Source: Patescibacteria group bacterium (lineage in GTDB: Bacteria > Patescibacteriota > Minisyncoccia > Phycocordibacterales > DATDWN01). Taken from it: DNA of 64,000 nt. This document shows positions 18,859-28,295 of the stretch, piece by piece (within the stretch, counting starts at the first letter, position 1; each line of letters opens with the position of its first letter). The notes under the pieces were generated by a model. That model did no database searches. It saw only the letters and a program-made list of their open reading frames with translations, and was not told the origin of the DNA. Location of the stretch: NCBI GenBank assembly GCA_040384485.1, contig JAZKJH010000003.1, forward strand, positions 7,556 through 71,555. The letters run 5' to 3'. A program made the translations under genes and the position numbers.

Positions 18859-21800
18859 TTAGTTAGATCGTGTCCAAGTCTGAACTGGGAATGCAGAGTT
18901 GCTTGGGAATCCAGGCAATCCGTATCCGTTTGTCCAATCAAGGTTACTCTGAGTAGCTGTTGTAGCTTCAGCAGTTGTTGTTGAGAATGGTGACCAGATA
19001 ATGTTATCTAGATCTCCATCGTTTGCCTCAATTCCAGCTACTGTTCCCATCAAGTTTGCAAGTGATGGATACGCTGTATCAGCTTTTAGAGCGATACTGA
19101 TTGTGTCAGTAACAGATGCTCCGTCAACTGCAGTCGCAGCTCTCAATACGAATGTTTTCGTACTGTTTGCTGAAATGATCTGAGCTTGTGATGTACCACT
19201 AGCTAGGATTTCCAACAATGTACCTCCGTTTCCAGAAGCATCAGCAGCAACTGTGTTGAATGCAACACCGTCTCCGTAAAGTGTAAATCCAGATACTGCA
19301 CCTCCTGATGTCGCAGTTGTGAATGAGAATTTCTGGAATACGATGTCTCTACTTGATGGGTTCTTTACAGTGAATTTGTATAGATCTCCACCAGCAGATA
19401 GTGTTCCACCGTTGCTTGTTACAGCAACCTCAGGAACTGTTCTGAAGATTCTTAGACCGTTTGTTGAAACGTCTGAAGTTGTTCCGCCAGAAACTGTTGT
19501 CTGAGAGTCAGCACCTAATCCGTAGTTACCATTGATTCCGTTGTTACCACCATCGTAGTTAACAGTTAGGAATGCTCCTGGTGTTCCTTGGTTTACAGTC
19601 TGAGCTGTTAGATCACCTTTTACTACTATAACTATTGACTCACCTGCTGCTATTCTAGGAGCAGGAGTTAGCATTGTTGATGTAGCTAGGTCAGATACAG
19701 ATCCGCCGAATTGAGCAGTTCCGATTTGAGCACCGTTGTACCACAATGTAACTTTCTGATCTACTAGGTCTGCTGGAGAGTTTGAAGCAACGTTACCCAA
19801 TTCTAGGGCAATTTGTTTCAAGTCAACAGCTTCTGTAGCACCAGCTGTGAATCGTAGTCTAGCCAATTCAACTCCTGTAGTTCCTGCTTGCGCAAGTTTG
19901 TACAATAGAGCTGAGTCGTTAGAAACTGTAAATGTTCCAGTTGTTGCAGAAGTCATTGTTTGACCAGAGTTTGCAACTGTAACCTCAGTTACTGTCAAAC
20001 CAGATGTAACACCTGTTGCACCTGTGTATGAAGCATCGAAGTCAGTCATACTCCATGTAACTGAACCTGAAGTTGCGCCTGATGCTAGAGAACATTTCAA
20101 TGACAAAGTCTTTGAAGTTCCTTTTGCAACTACGAAACCACCGTTGTTAAATGTGAATGTGTTTGAACCAGAAGCTACTGTAATGTTTGTTGCGTCTGTT
20201 AGGTTTGTCGCACCATCGTATAGCGCACAGTTTGAAAGCTGATTAGCTGTGATAGTTGAAAGACCTAGTTCAGCAATAAAGCTTGATAGTCTAACGTCCT
20301 CTCCTGACTGACCTGCGTCAAGAACGTATCTTGCGAACTCAAAGTTTTGAGCACCCGCGATAACAGCTCTTGCTGAAGGTTGTGAAGATTGAGTGATAGT
20401 CAATGCACCTCCTCTAACTGTCATCAAGTTTCCTGTGATAACTGAGTTAAATGATGAAAGACTAACTGTGTCTCCTGTTGAAGAACCTGTTACACCTGTC
20501 CACTGAGTAGAAGGTGTTGTAGAAGCTTGAACTGTGTCTCCTGTTACGAAAGTAGAGTTTAGTCTACCAACAAGTCTAACAACAGTTGTTCCTACTGGGA
20601 AAGTTACAGAATCAGTAAATGTTACTGTTCCTGCAGCACCAGATGTTACTACACCGTCAACTGGACCAGCTAGCACAACGCCATTCTGGTTAACCAATTT
20701 GATGTTAGTAATAGCATCTACTGTGTTTCCGTTTGCGAACAAGTTGAATACCATTTGGTCAACAGTAACAGCTTCACCTCTCATTTTAACCTCAAATCCT
20801 CCCAAAGGTTGATCTGAAACTAGAACAGCGATGTTTTGAGCACCAACTGTGTTAGATGATGAAATTGTACTTGCTGAACCAGCTGTTATTGTAACAACAC
20901 CTTGTGCATCGAATGCAGGTGTGTTTGTTACTGTAAAGCCTGTTCCAGATGAAAGACTGATTCCGTAACCATATGTCTCACCTGTTACATAGATATCAGT
21001 TGCTTTGTAGATATCGAATGCAACTGTTCTGTTTGTACCACCAACGATATCTCCTTTGATAGAGATTTCTTTAGATACACCCTCTGCGATCATAAGACCA
21101 CCAGAGAATACTGCAGAATAGTATTTACCATCTGAAGAAACTGTTGTTGGGTAAGCAGTACCATCTACATAAACCTTGATGTTTGCAAGGTCAGAAGCTG
21201 ATGCTGAACCTGACTGGTTCCATCTGATAGACCATACTTTGATATCCTCACCTGAACCTGCATCAACTTTAACTGATGAGAAGGTGTGGTTTGTTGTTCC
21301 GATTTCTTTACTAGATGACACGTTTGGATCAAGAGCTCCTCTAGAACCTTGTGCAGTTCCTAATGAAAGAGTGTTGTTCAAAGTGTGGCTAGCTCCTGTG
21401 ATAGGAAGAGAACCAGAAACTGTAGCTGAAGTGTTAACTGAAACTAGTTTCAAACTAACAACCTGTCCAGCATATGAAGTCAAATCTGCCTTCATGTTAC
21501 CAGCGATTGTGTAAGTTCGAGTTGTCCCTGCTGGGATAACCCAAGACTCACCTACGATAGCTTGACCGTTTGAGTTAAGTGTTTTCGCAACACCGATTTG
21601 CATACCGTCACTGTTCAATAGAACAATTCCAGCGAATGCTGCATCGTCTCCTAGGCCTCCTCTTTCAACTGTAACAGAGTTAACTGTAACATCTGAAGCA
21701 CCGGCTGTAAGAGTGAAAGTTGTGAAAGGAACTCTAGCTGACCCTTTTGGAGCCAATGAGTTTGTTGGTTGTGAACCAGCTGACACTGAAACTGATCCTG

Positions 21801-22272
21801 CTACTGGTGTAGTTGGAGTAGTTGGTGTTGTTGGTGTTGTACCACCCATTGAGTTCAACTTCGCTCTTGTGATCGCACCTACGTAACCAGCTGCTGGTGT
21901 GATTCCATGTTTTACTTGGAATTTTACAACTGCTGCTCTTGTAGCTAGACCAAAGTATGAAGTTTCCATACCAGGTGAGCCAGCTCCTGTAGCTGCAACT
22001 CTTGTATCAGCACTCATGTTAAGAACTTTTTGCAAGTTCATAACATCTGTACTTCTACTACCTACTGTTAAGTTTGTATTGAATGTGTATCCAGTTGAAG
22101 CTGAAGTACCACCACTCAATGCTGCCAACTGTGCTGACAATGAAGCGATCATTGCTTGTAGTTCTTCCATAGTTGCTGCACTAGTTGCACTTGGTGCAAC
22201 GAATGACAACGCCATAGCGAAACCTACAAATCCAGCGACGAATTTTGCAGTTTTTGATTTTGTTAAATTCAT
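18859..22272 (-). CDS. Major surface/S-layer-like protein with N-terminal peptidoglycan-binding domain
   Basis: Likely start MNLTKSK (ATG 22272); signal peptide, coiled coil, LTVGSRSTDVMNLQKVL...YFGLATRAAVVKFQ..GYVGAITRAKLN (PG-binding-like); long Thr/Ser/Gly/Val-rich beta domains. Confidence 0.75.
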   Translation of the reverse strand: MNLTKSKTAKFVAGFVGFAMALSFVAPSATSAATMEELQAMIASLSAQLAALSGGTSASTGYTFNTNLTVGSRSTDVMNLQKVLNMSADTRVAATGAGSPGMETSYFGLATRAAVVKFQVKHGITPAAGYVGAITRAKLNSMGGTTPTTPTTPTTPVAGSVSVSAGSQPTNSLAPKGSARVPFTTFTLTAGASDVTVNSVTVERGGLGDDAAFAGIVLLNSDGMQIGVAKTLNSNGQAIVGESWVIPAGTTRTYTIAGNMKADLTSYAGQVVSLKLVSVNTSATVSGSLPITGASHTLNNTLSLGTAQGSRGALDPNVSSSKEIGTTNHTFSSVKVDAGSGEDIKVWSIRWNQSGSASASDLANIKVYVDGTAYPTTVSSDGKYYSAVFSGGLMIAEGVSKEISIKGDIVGGTNRTVAFDIYKATDIYVTGETYGYGISLSSGTGFTVTNTPAFDAQGVVTITAGSASTISSSNTVGAQNIAVLVSDQPLGGFEVKMRGEAVTVDQMVFNLFANGNTVDAITNIKLVNQNGVVLAGPVDGVVTSGAAGTVTFTDSVTFPVGTTVVRLVGRLNSTFVTGDTVQASTTPSTQWTGVTGSSTGDTVSLSSFNSVITGNLMTVRGGALTITQSSQPSARAVIAGAQNFEFARYVLDAGQSGEDVRLSSFIAELGLSTITANQLSNCALYDGATNLTDATNITVASGSNTFTFNNGGFVVAKGTSKTLSLKCSLASGATSGSVTWSMTDFDASYTGATGVTSGLTVTEVTVANSGQTMTSATTGTFTVSNDSALLYKLAQAGTTGVELARLRFTAGATEAVDLKQIALELGNVASNSPADLVDQKVTLWYNGAQIGTAQFGGSVSDLATSTMLTPAPRIAAGESIVIVVKGDLTAQTVNQGTPGAFLTVNYDGGNNGINGNYGLGADSQTTVSGGTTSDVSTNGLRIFRTVPEVAVTSNGGTLSAGGDLYKFTVKNPSSRDIVFQKFSFTTATSGGAVSGFTLYGDGVAFNTVAADASGNGGTLLEILASGTSQAQIISANSTKTFVLRAATAVDGASVTDTISIALKADTAYPSLANLMGTVAGIEANDGDLDNIIWSPFSTTTAEATTATQSNLDWTNGYGLPGFPSNSAFPVQTWTRSN

Positions 22273-22717
22273 ATATATGTTTTTAATAAGAAATGATCTC
22301 TCTAAAGTTATTAATAAAATGTGTTTAGAGAAAACCATTTGTGAAAACTATTAACTAATTACCTTAATAATTTCTGATACGGCCACTTCAATATTCTTCG
22401 AACTTTCATTCGAAGAATATTCCGTGACCGCATCACATGCAATTTTTTTGTGCTCATATTTTGTTCACATCTCCACATGGTGGCAGAGCCGAACAACTCG
22501 ACACGAGTACAAAAAAATAGATGGCGTGTTGAGTGGGAATTTCTAGAGTGTCTAAAATGTAGGAATAAAGCGGTAAGTCGGAAAACTAACATTAGCGGCT
22601 TTTTATGCCGCTGTGTATAAATCCATATTTTGTTGTCAAAGAACTGTCTGTTCTGAAAGATATAAAAGCTATACAGAACTTATGCACATAGCCCTCGCGG
22701 GCTATGACACATATATA

Positions 22718-22746
22718 AGTATATAGTCTCTATATCAGACTTTCAA
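22718..22746 (-). promoter_or_regulatory. Sigma70 promoter of the S-layer-like gene, implying a ~440-nt structured 5' leader
   Basis: TTGAAA-17 bp-TATACT; DnaA box at 22756-22764 just upstream; boxA-like GTTCTTTGACAA at 22644-22633. Confidence 0.65.
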
Positions 22747-22951
22747 ATAACAGCGTGTGGATAACTGGTTTTTTGAGGTTTTAGGACCTCAAAAAGTTGT
22801 ACTACCCAACCTACCAATATTAGACAAAAATGAGCAAAAAGTCAATCCAACAGACGAGAAATATGCTCGCTCTGACAGGGTGATTTTTGCCAAGAATTTT
22901 TGCCTCAATACCATAGACGGGAATAATGTAGAAATATTACTCAAAATAGTT

Positions 22952-23755
22952 TTAACTCAATGAATACTTGCTCCATCTTCTTACTCCTGCTCGTTTTAGA
23001 ATTCCACTAGCTATAAGAGAGTTGAGTTCTCGCTGCACTGTTTTTTCACTACAGTCCTTTATAACTTCAGTAATGTCCTTTATCATTACTTCTTTCTTTT
23101 TTCTTATTAAGTTCAAAATTGTAGTTTGTCTATCTGTTCTTCTAAATGCCTCATTTGTAGAGCTGACAACTGGTCTGTCTTTTACTGTGGTTGGAGATGA
23201 ATATCGGTTAAAATTTGAAACCTCAATTTCTGATTTTTGGATCGTGCTTGGGTTAGCAAAAACTACAGAATTAGTTGTCTGTGGGATTTGTGGGACTGTA
23301 GCTTTCTCAGTTGATTCAAAAATATTTTTTACCGCATTTTCCCCTGAAAAATTTTGTGAGTTTTGAGCCCCTTCTAGAATAGTGATCAGGTTATGAAACT
23401 CTGTGTTTATAATAGAAAAATTCATCTCTGAAATAAGTCCGCCTCTGTATGCAACTTCTAGAAAGGAAGATGCTTCTAAGACACGAGTTTTCACACCGTA
23501 TATAAAATCATTTTTACCTCCGTCTCTTTCCCCTTTTGAACGAATCATATAAGACAATAGTTCTGTAACTTTTTGTCGCAAAACATTTCGCATTGGTTCA
23601 GTTTCTGGAAACAAGTTTGTGATCATGTAGACCGCCGAAGCTAGTTTTTCTGTCTTTTTGAACGCAGAAACAAACACAGGTTCAGTGCCAAAAAAAGATA
23701 TTATTTCCTTGCTCTTTTGAGATACTTCGATACTTGAGTTGTTGTTTGGATTCAT
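22952..23755 (-). CDS. Four-helix-bundle (IVP/Avd-like) domain fused to a C-terminal DeoR-type winged HTH
   Basis: N-terminus KKTEKLASAVYMITNLFPETEP...LEVAYRGGLIS; C-terminus RQTTILNLI..IKDI..CSEKTVQRELNSLIASGILKRAG. Confidence 0.65.
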   Translation of the reverse strand: MNPNNNSSIEVSQKSKEIISFFGTEPVFVSAFKKTEKLASAVYMITNLFPETEPMRNVLRQKVTELLSYMIRSKGERDGGKNDFIYGVKTRVLEASSFLEVAYRGGLISEMNFSIINTEFHNLITILEGAQNSQNFSGENAVKNIFESTEKATVPQIPQTTNSVVFANPSTIQKSEIEVSNFNRYSSPTTVKDRPVVSSTNEAFRRTDRQTTILNLIRKKKEVMIKDITEVIKDCSEKTVQRELNSLIASGILKRAGVRRWSKYSLS

Positions 23756-23795
23756 TGTTTTTGTAGTTTAAACTGACTGTTAGGAGTCCGTAAAA

Positions 23796-23890
23796 TGTCC
23801 TTATTTGTAGCGGTATGTCTTATATTTGTCTTTATTATGTCTTATATAATAACAAATGTCTTTGATAAAGTCAAGGCCAGTTGTAAGACA
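23796..23890 (-). promoter_or_regulatory. Promoter overlapped by an array of TGTCYT repeats (putative operator)
   Basis: TTGACT(23874-23869)-17 bp-TATTAT(23851-23846); TGTCYT at 23796, 23816, 23827, 23838, 23857 and an inverted copy at about 23885. Confidence 0.65.
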
Positions 23891-24053
23891 AAATAAAACA
23901 GGTTGTCTGTCTCATACCTGCAGCAAGCAGTCGAGGTATGAGGCTGACAACATCAGGACTGTTTTGTTGGTGTGGGAAGTGGCTCCGCCACCACTACTTT
24001 ACGCCTCTCTTGTTCATAGCTAAGACTATGAACGATTCGTGGCTTCCAATAAA
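23891..24053 (-). ncRNA. Unidentified 163-nt structured element, copy 1
   Basis: Homologous to 47025-47187, with identical blocks and compensatory stems; strand assignment tentative. Confidence 0.7.
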
Positions 24054-24224
24054 GCACGAAACAAAACATTGAATTAGTTAGACTCCTACTGAACATGAAC
24101 TTGCTATTTCTAATCCCCTATTTTGTTCGTGGTTGTGTGCGTTTTTGTGTTAAAATATATAGCGATACAACTCAATTATTAGTTAACTTTACTGGTATAA
24201 AATAGTACTGGTTCTAGAACTCGG

Positions 24225-26471
24225 ATGGCACAAAAAAAGAAAGAAAAGATAGAGAAACCGAAAAGGAAATCTAAGGAAATTATTGATGAAAATTCTGGAG
24301 GTGATTATCTCAAAAAAGAAACTTTAAACGCGATTATTGCGGTGGTGTTTTTCGTGATTGGAATGTTCCTTTTGTTGTCCGCTGGACCTATCGCAAAAGG
24401 TGGAAAAGCCGGTGAATGGGTATACTATATTTTTCACGATAAAATGTTTGGAGTTGGATATTATCTACTACCTATTATTTTGTTTATTTTGTGTGTTTCT
24501 TTTTTCAGATCCCTTCAAAAAAAGTTGGCGAAAACTCACAGCTTTGGTGGACTACTCTTGTTTATTTCTTGCTTGGCCCTGATCGATATTTCATCACCAG
24601 GAAATGGAGGAATTGTCGGTGGTTTTATTTCCAAACCACTCATTAGTATGTTTGATACATATGTCAGTGTGATCGCACTTATCGCACTTTCACTCATCTC
24701 TCTTATTGTTATTTTTGACGCTCCAATACGGTTCAACTTTGTTAGAAGATGGTTCGGTAAAAAAGAAGAAGGCGAACTTTTGGACGAAGAAGATGATGGT
24801 CCGGAACTAATAATTTCCAACGACGGGAAAAATAAAATGACTCTTAAAGAGGCTGAGAAAATGGCAGAAGAAAAAGAGCCAATTATAAAAAAACCCGAGG
24901 AACCTAAAAAAGATAAAGATGAGTTTGGTATTGCCCCACTACTTTCGAACGGGAAGGAGTTCGTCCCCCCACCACTTTCTTTGCTTGAACAGGACAAAGG
25001 TAAGCCTGGAGTTGGAGACATCAAAGCAAACTCAAATATAATAAAAAGAACACTTCAAAACTTTGGCATCAGCGTAGAGATGGATGAAATATCTATTGGA
25101 CCGTCTATTACTAGATACGCCCTAAAACCTGCAGAAGGAGTAAAGTTGGCTAAAATAGTTGGACTCCAAAACGACCTCTCTCTAGCTCTGGCTGCCCACC
25201 CTATTCGTATAGAGGCTCCTATTCCAGGTAAGTCATTAGTGGGTATCGAGATACCGAACAGTATAAAAACAACCGTGGGACTTGGAACCCTGCTTGGATC
25301 AAACGACTTCCAAAACTCAGAAAAAGCTCTGCTTGTTTCTCTGGGCAAAGGAATCTCGGGAATGTCGTACTTTGCTGACCTAGCCAAATCCCCTCACATG
25401 CTTATCGCTGGTTCTACTGGGTCTGGAAAGTCTGTTACTATTCACGCCCTCATCACTTCCCTTCTATATAGAAACTCTCCGGACAACTTGAAGTTCATTA
25501 TGGTGGACCCAAAAAGAGTTGAGCTTACTCTATATAACAAAATCCCACATCTACTAACACCTGTTATCACAGATGCAAAGAAGGCTATCTTGGCACTGAA
25601 ATGGGCAGCAAAAGAGATGGATCGTCGATATGATGTTCTACAAACCGAAGGTCTGCAAAATATTTCTTCGTATCACAAAAATGTTCTGGAGCCTGAACTA
25701 AAGAAACGCAAAGGTAAACCTGCAGATGAGGACGCTAAGCCTATCGAGACTATGCCTTATATAGTAGTAGTTATCGACGAGTTGGCAGATATTATGCAAG
25801 CCTATCCTCGAGAACTTGAGTCAGCTATTGTACGCCTTGCTCAGATGTCCCGAGCTGTTGGAATACACCTCATGCTTTCTACTCAGAGGCCTTCCGTAAA
25901 CGTTATTACCGGTCTTATCAAAGCCAACATCCCTACCCGTATCGCCCTGCAGGTGTCTTCCCAGATAGACTCACGAACTATCTTGGATATGTCAGGTGCT
26001 GAAAAACTACTGGGTGCTGGAGATATGTTGTATTTGTCAGGAGAAATGTCTCAACCTCAGCGTATTCAGTCTGCGTTTATCCGCGAGACAGAAGTGAAAG
26101 CAGTTGTTAAGTATCTAGTAGACAGCTATGCGAGTGAAATACCGAGCGAAATAAACCTAACTGGTGAGAATCAGAAAAATAGTATATTTGAAGCTGCTTT
26201 GGGTGACGATAAAATGGAGGACGATGACGACCTATACGAGGATGCGAAACAAACTGTTATGCAGGCTGGTAAAGCTTCTACTTCTTATCTACAAAGAAAA
26301 CTTGGTGTTGGTTATGCCAGAGCAGCTAGACTTATAGATATGCTTGAAGAAAGAGGTGTGATAGGTCCTGGCTCTGGAGCAAAACCTAGAGAAGTGCTTA
26401 TGGGCGGTGCGAGTGACGCCCCGACAGAAAGTGGTGACTCGGAGGAAAATAACACACCTCTTAGTAGCTAA
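24225..26471 (+). CDS. ftsK: DNA translocase FtsK/SpoIIIE
   Basis: N-terminal TMs; PHMLIAGSTGSGKS; IDELAD; TQRPS; C-terminal gamma domain (STSYLQRKLGVGYARAARL). Confidence 0.96.
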   Translation: MAQKKKEKIEKPKRKSKEIIDENSGGDYLKKETLNAIIAVVFFVIGMFLLLSAGPIAKGGKAGEWVYYIFHDKMFGVGYYLLPIILFILCVSFFRSLQKKLAKTHSFGGLLLFISCLALIDISSPGNGGIVGGFISKPLISMFDTYVSVIALIALSLISLIVIFDAPIRFNFVRRWFGKKEEGELLDEEDDGPELIISNDGKNKMTLKEAEKMAEEKEPIIKKPEEPKKDKDEFGIAPLLSNGKEFVPPPLSLLEQDKGKPGVGDIKANSNIIKRTLQNFGISVEMDEISIGPSITRYALKPAEGVKLAKIVGLQNDLSLALAAHPIRIEAPIPGKSLVGIEIPNSIKTTVGLGTLLGSNDFQNSEKALLVSLGKGISGMSYFADLAKSPHMLIAGSTGSGKSVTIHALITSLLYRNSPDNLKFIMVDPKRVELTLYNKIPHLLTPVITDAKKAILALKWAAKEMDRRYDVLQTEGLQNISSYHKNVLEPELKKRKGKPADEDAKPIETMPYIVVVIDELADIMQAYPRELESAIVRLAQMSRAVGIHLMLSTQRPSVNVITGLIKANIPTRIALQVSSQIDSRTILDMSGAEKLLGAGDMLYLSGEMSQPQRIQSAFIRETEVKAVVKYLVDSYASEIPSEINLTGENQKNSIFEAALGDDKMEDDDDLYEDAKQTVMQAGKASTSYLQRKLGVGYARAARLIDMLEERGVIGPGSGAKPREVLMGGASDAPTESGDSEENNTPLSS

Positions 26472-26495
26472 TAAAACTAAAACCAGCACCCTTCC

Positions 26496-26849
26496 ATGAA
26501 CCGCAATGCCATATCTACTATCCGAATAGGCTTCTTAGTTCTCCTTGGGGTCATTATTGTCGGGTATTCAGCTTTCCAAGCAGAGAAACTGATCCGAGGG
26601 CCAGTTATAGAGATATACTCCCCTCAGAACGGGTCTACCTACAGCAAGGCTTTAATAGAGATAGAGGGACTGGCTAAAAATATCGCTCATATAAACCTAA
26701 ACGGCAGGAAGATATTTACTGACAAAAACGGCTACTTTAAGGAAAAATTGCTCCTATCCCCTGGCTATAATATAATTAAGCTAGATGCTGAGGATAAGTT
26801 TAATCAGTACGAGGAGGAGATTTTAGAAGTGGTTTTGAAGGAGTATTAG
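26496..26849 (+). CDS. Small membrane-anchored Ig-like protein
   Basis: TM helix followed by a beta-rich domain ([16 protein letters not shown]). Confidence 0.65.
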   Translation: MNRNAISTIRIGFLVLLGVIIVGYSAFQAEKLIRGPVIEIYSPQNGSTYSKALIEIEGLAKNIAHINLNGRKIFTDKNGYFKEKLLLSPGYNIIKLDAEDKFNQYEEEILEVVLKEY

Positions 26850-26892
26850 AAAATTAAAGTGTGGGATTATTAGTATTTTTATTTTAATTATT

Positions 26893-27957
26893 ATGAAGAA
26901 AAAAGCACCGAAGGAAGCAAAAGGAGAAATAGGAACAGTGAATGTAGAGAATACTCTACGAGAAATCAGAACGAAGTTCGGTGATGATTCTATTATGATG
27001 CTTGGCGACAAGCCTCATGTAGATGTAAATGCAATCTCAACTGGTTCAATAGGTTTGGATGCAGCACTCGGAGTTGGTGGTTTGCCGAGAGGGAGAATAG
27101 TGGAAATATTTGGACCAGAATCATCTGGTAAAACTACCCTGTCTCTACATGTTGTAGCAGAAGCACAAAAGTCAGGAGGTATCTGTGCATTCATAGATGC
27201 AGAGCATGCCATGGACCCAGAGTACGCGCAGAGACTTGGTGTGAAAATTGATCAGCTACTTATCTCACAACCCGACAACGGTGAACAGGCTCTAGAAATA
27301 GTAGAATCTCTTGTTCGTTCAGGAAAAATAGATGTGATAGTTATCGACTCAGTAGCAGCTCTGACTCCGAAAGATGAAATTGAAGGAGATATGGGAGCTC
27401 ACCATGTTGGAAAACAAGCTCGCCTTATGTCTCAAGCCCTAAGAAAGCTTACGGCTATTGTTGCTCGTTCAAAAACTTTGGTTATTTTTATAAACCAAAT
27501 CCGTATGCAGATTGGTGTTATGTTTGGAAACCCAGAAACAACTCCTGGTGGAAAAGCTCTCAAGTTCTACACATCAGTTAGAATTGATATTCGACGAATT
27601 GCCCAAATCAAGAAAGGCGAAGAAATAATGGGAGGAAGAATCCGAGTAAAGGTTGTAAAAAACAAAGTGGCTGCTCCTTTCAAACAAACCGAGTTTGACC
27701 TAATGTATAACGAAGGTATCTCAAGAGAGGGTGAAATAATCGCCTTGGGAGAAAAAATGGGAATCATAAGCAAATCTGGAACAAGCTACTCATACGGTGA
27801 GGAAAAACTAGGACGAGGATATGATGCCACAAGGCAGTTCCTAAGAGCCGAGAAGAAAGTTGCAGATAAAATACTGAAAGAAATTAGAGAAGCTTTGAAG
27901 AAAAATGGAGGATCTGTGGTAGCTAGTACTGGAGGAGAAAGCGAAAGCGCAGAATAA
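26893..27957 (+). CDS. recA: Recombinase RecA
   Basis: [39 protein letters not shown]. Confidence 0.98.
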   Translation: MKKKAPKEAKGEIGTVNVENTLREIRTKFGDDSIMMLGDKPHVDVNAISTGSIGLDAALGVGGLPRGRIVEIFGPESSGKTTLSLHVVAEAQKSGGICAFIDAEHAMDPEYAQRLGVKIDQLLISQPDNGEQALEIVESLVRSGKIDVIVIDSVAALTPKDEIEGDMGAHHVGKQARLMSQALRKLTAIVARSKTLVIFINQIRMQIGVMFGNPETTPGGKALKFYTSVRIDIRRIAQIKKGEEIMGGRIRVKVVKNKVAAPFKQTEFDLMYNEGISREGEIIALGEKMGIISKSGTSYSYGEEKLGRGYDATRQFLRAEKKVADKILKEIREALKKNGGSVVASTGGESESAE

Positions 27958-27963
27958 CTAAAA

Positions 27964-27990
27964 AAACACCGGCTACTCAGTCGGTGTTTT
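27964..27990 (+). terminator. recA terminator
   Basis: AAACACCGGCT-actc-AGTCGGTGTTT hairpin followed by a T tract. Confidence 0.7.
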
Positions 27991-28101
27991 GTTTTTGTTA
28001 GGACAGAAAGTATTTTGGAAAGAACCTGCAGATAAGCAAAAAACCGACTAGCAAGTTTTTTGCTAAATCGGTTTGAGAAGAATGATTTCGAGACTCTCCC
28101 T

Positions 28102-28224
28102 TTACGAGCGCCTCCTCCTTACACTTATCGGTGTTGTGATTGAACGAATCAGGAAAAAGAACAAAACCCCCAAGAAAAAGTGCCCGTTGAGAGTCATGAC
28201 CACCAGCACGAAGTATTTGAACAT
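28102..28224 (-). CDS. Small 40-aa hydrophobic protein (orphan cassette)
   Basis: TTGACA-17-TATTAT promoter, SD AGGAGG, ATG 28224; MFKYFVLVV...SVRRRRS. Confidence 0.55.
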   Translation of the reverse strand: MFKYFVLVVMTLNGHFFLGVLFFFLIRSITTPISVRRRRS

Positions 28225-28295
28225 GTATCTCCTCCTGTATAAATAATACACCATATTAGTGTATTTGTCAATATCGGCTGGTTTGTGTAAAGATA

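Noticed and set aside
19001-22354. Numerous + strand ORFs opposite long genes here and throughout the window
   Set aside because: Antisense shadows caused by codon bias; no motifs or start signals.
22600-22950. Replication origin
   Set aside because: Only three DnaA boxes, no dnaA/dnaN nearby, and gene orientation stays mostly minus on both sides.
23891-24053. SRP RNA, RNase P RNA, tmRNA or 6S RNA
   Set aside because: Their hallmark motifs were not found, and two diverged copies 23 kb apart do not fit single-copy housekeeping RNAs; a 6S-like role cannot be strictly excluded without a CM search.
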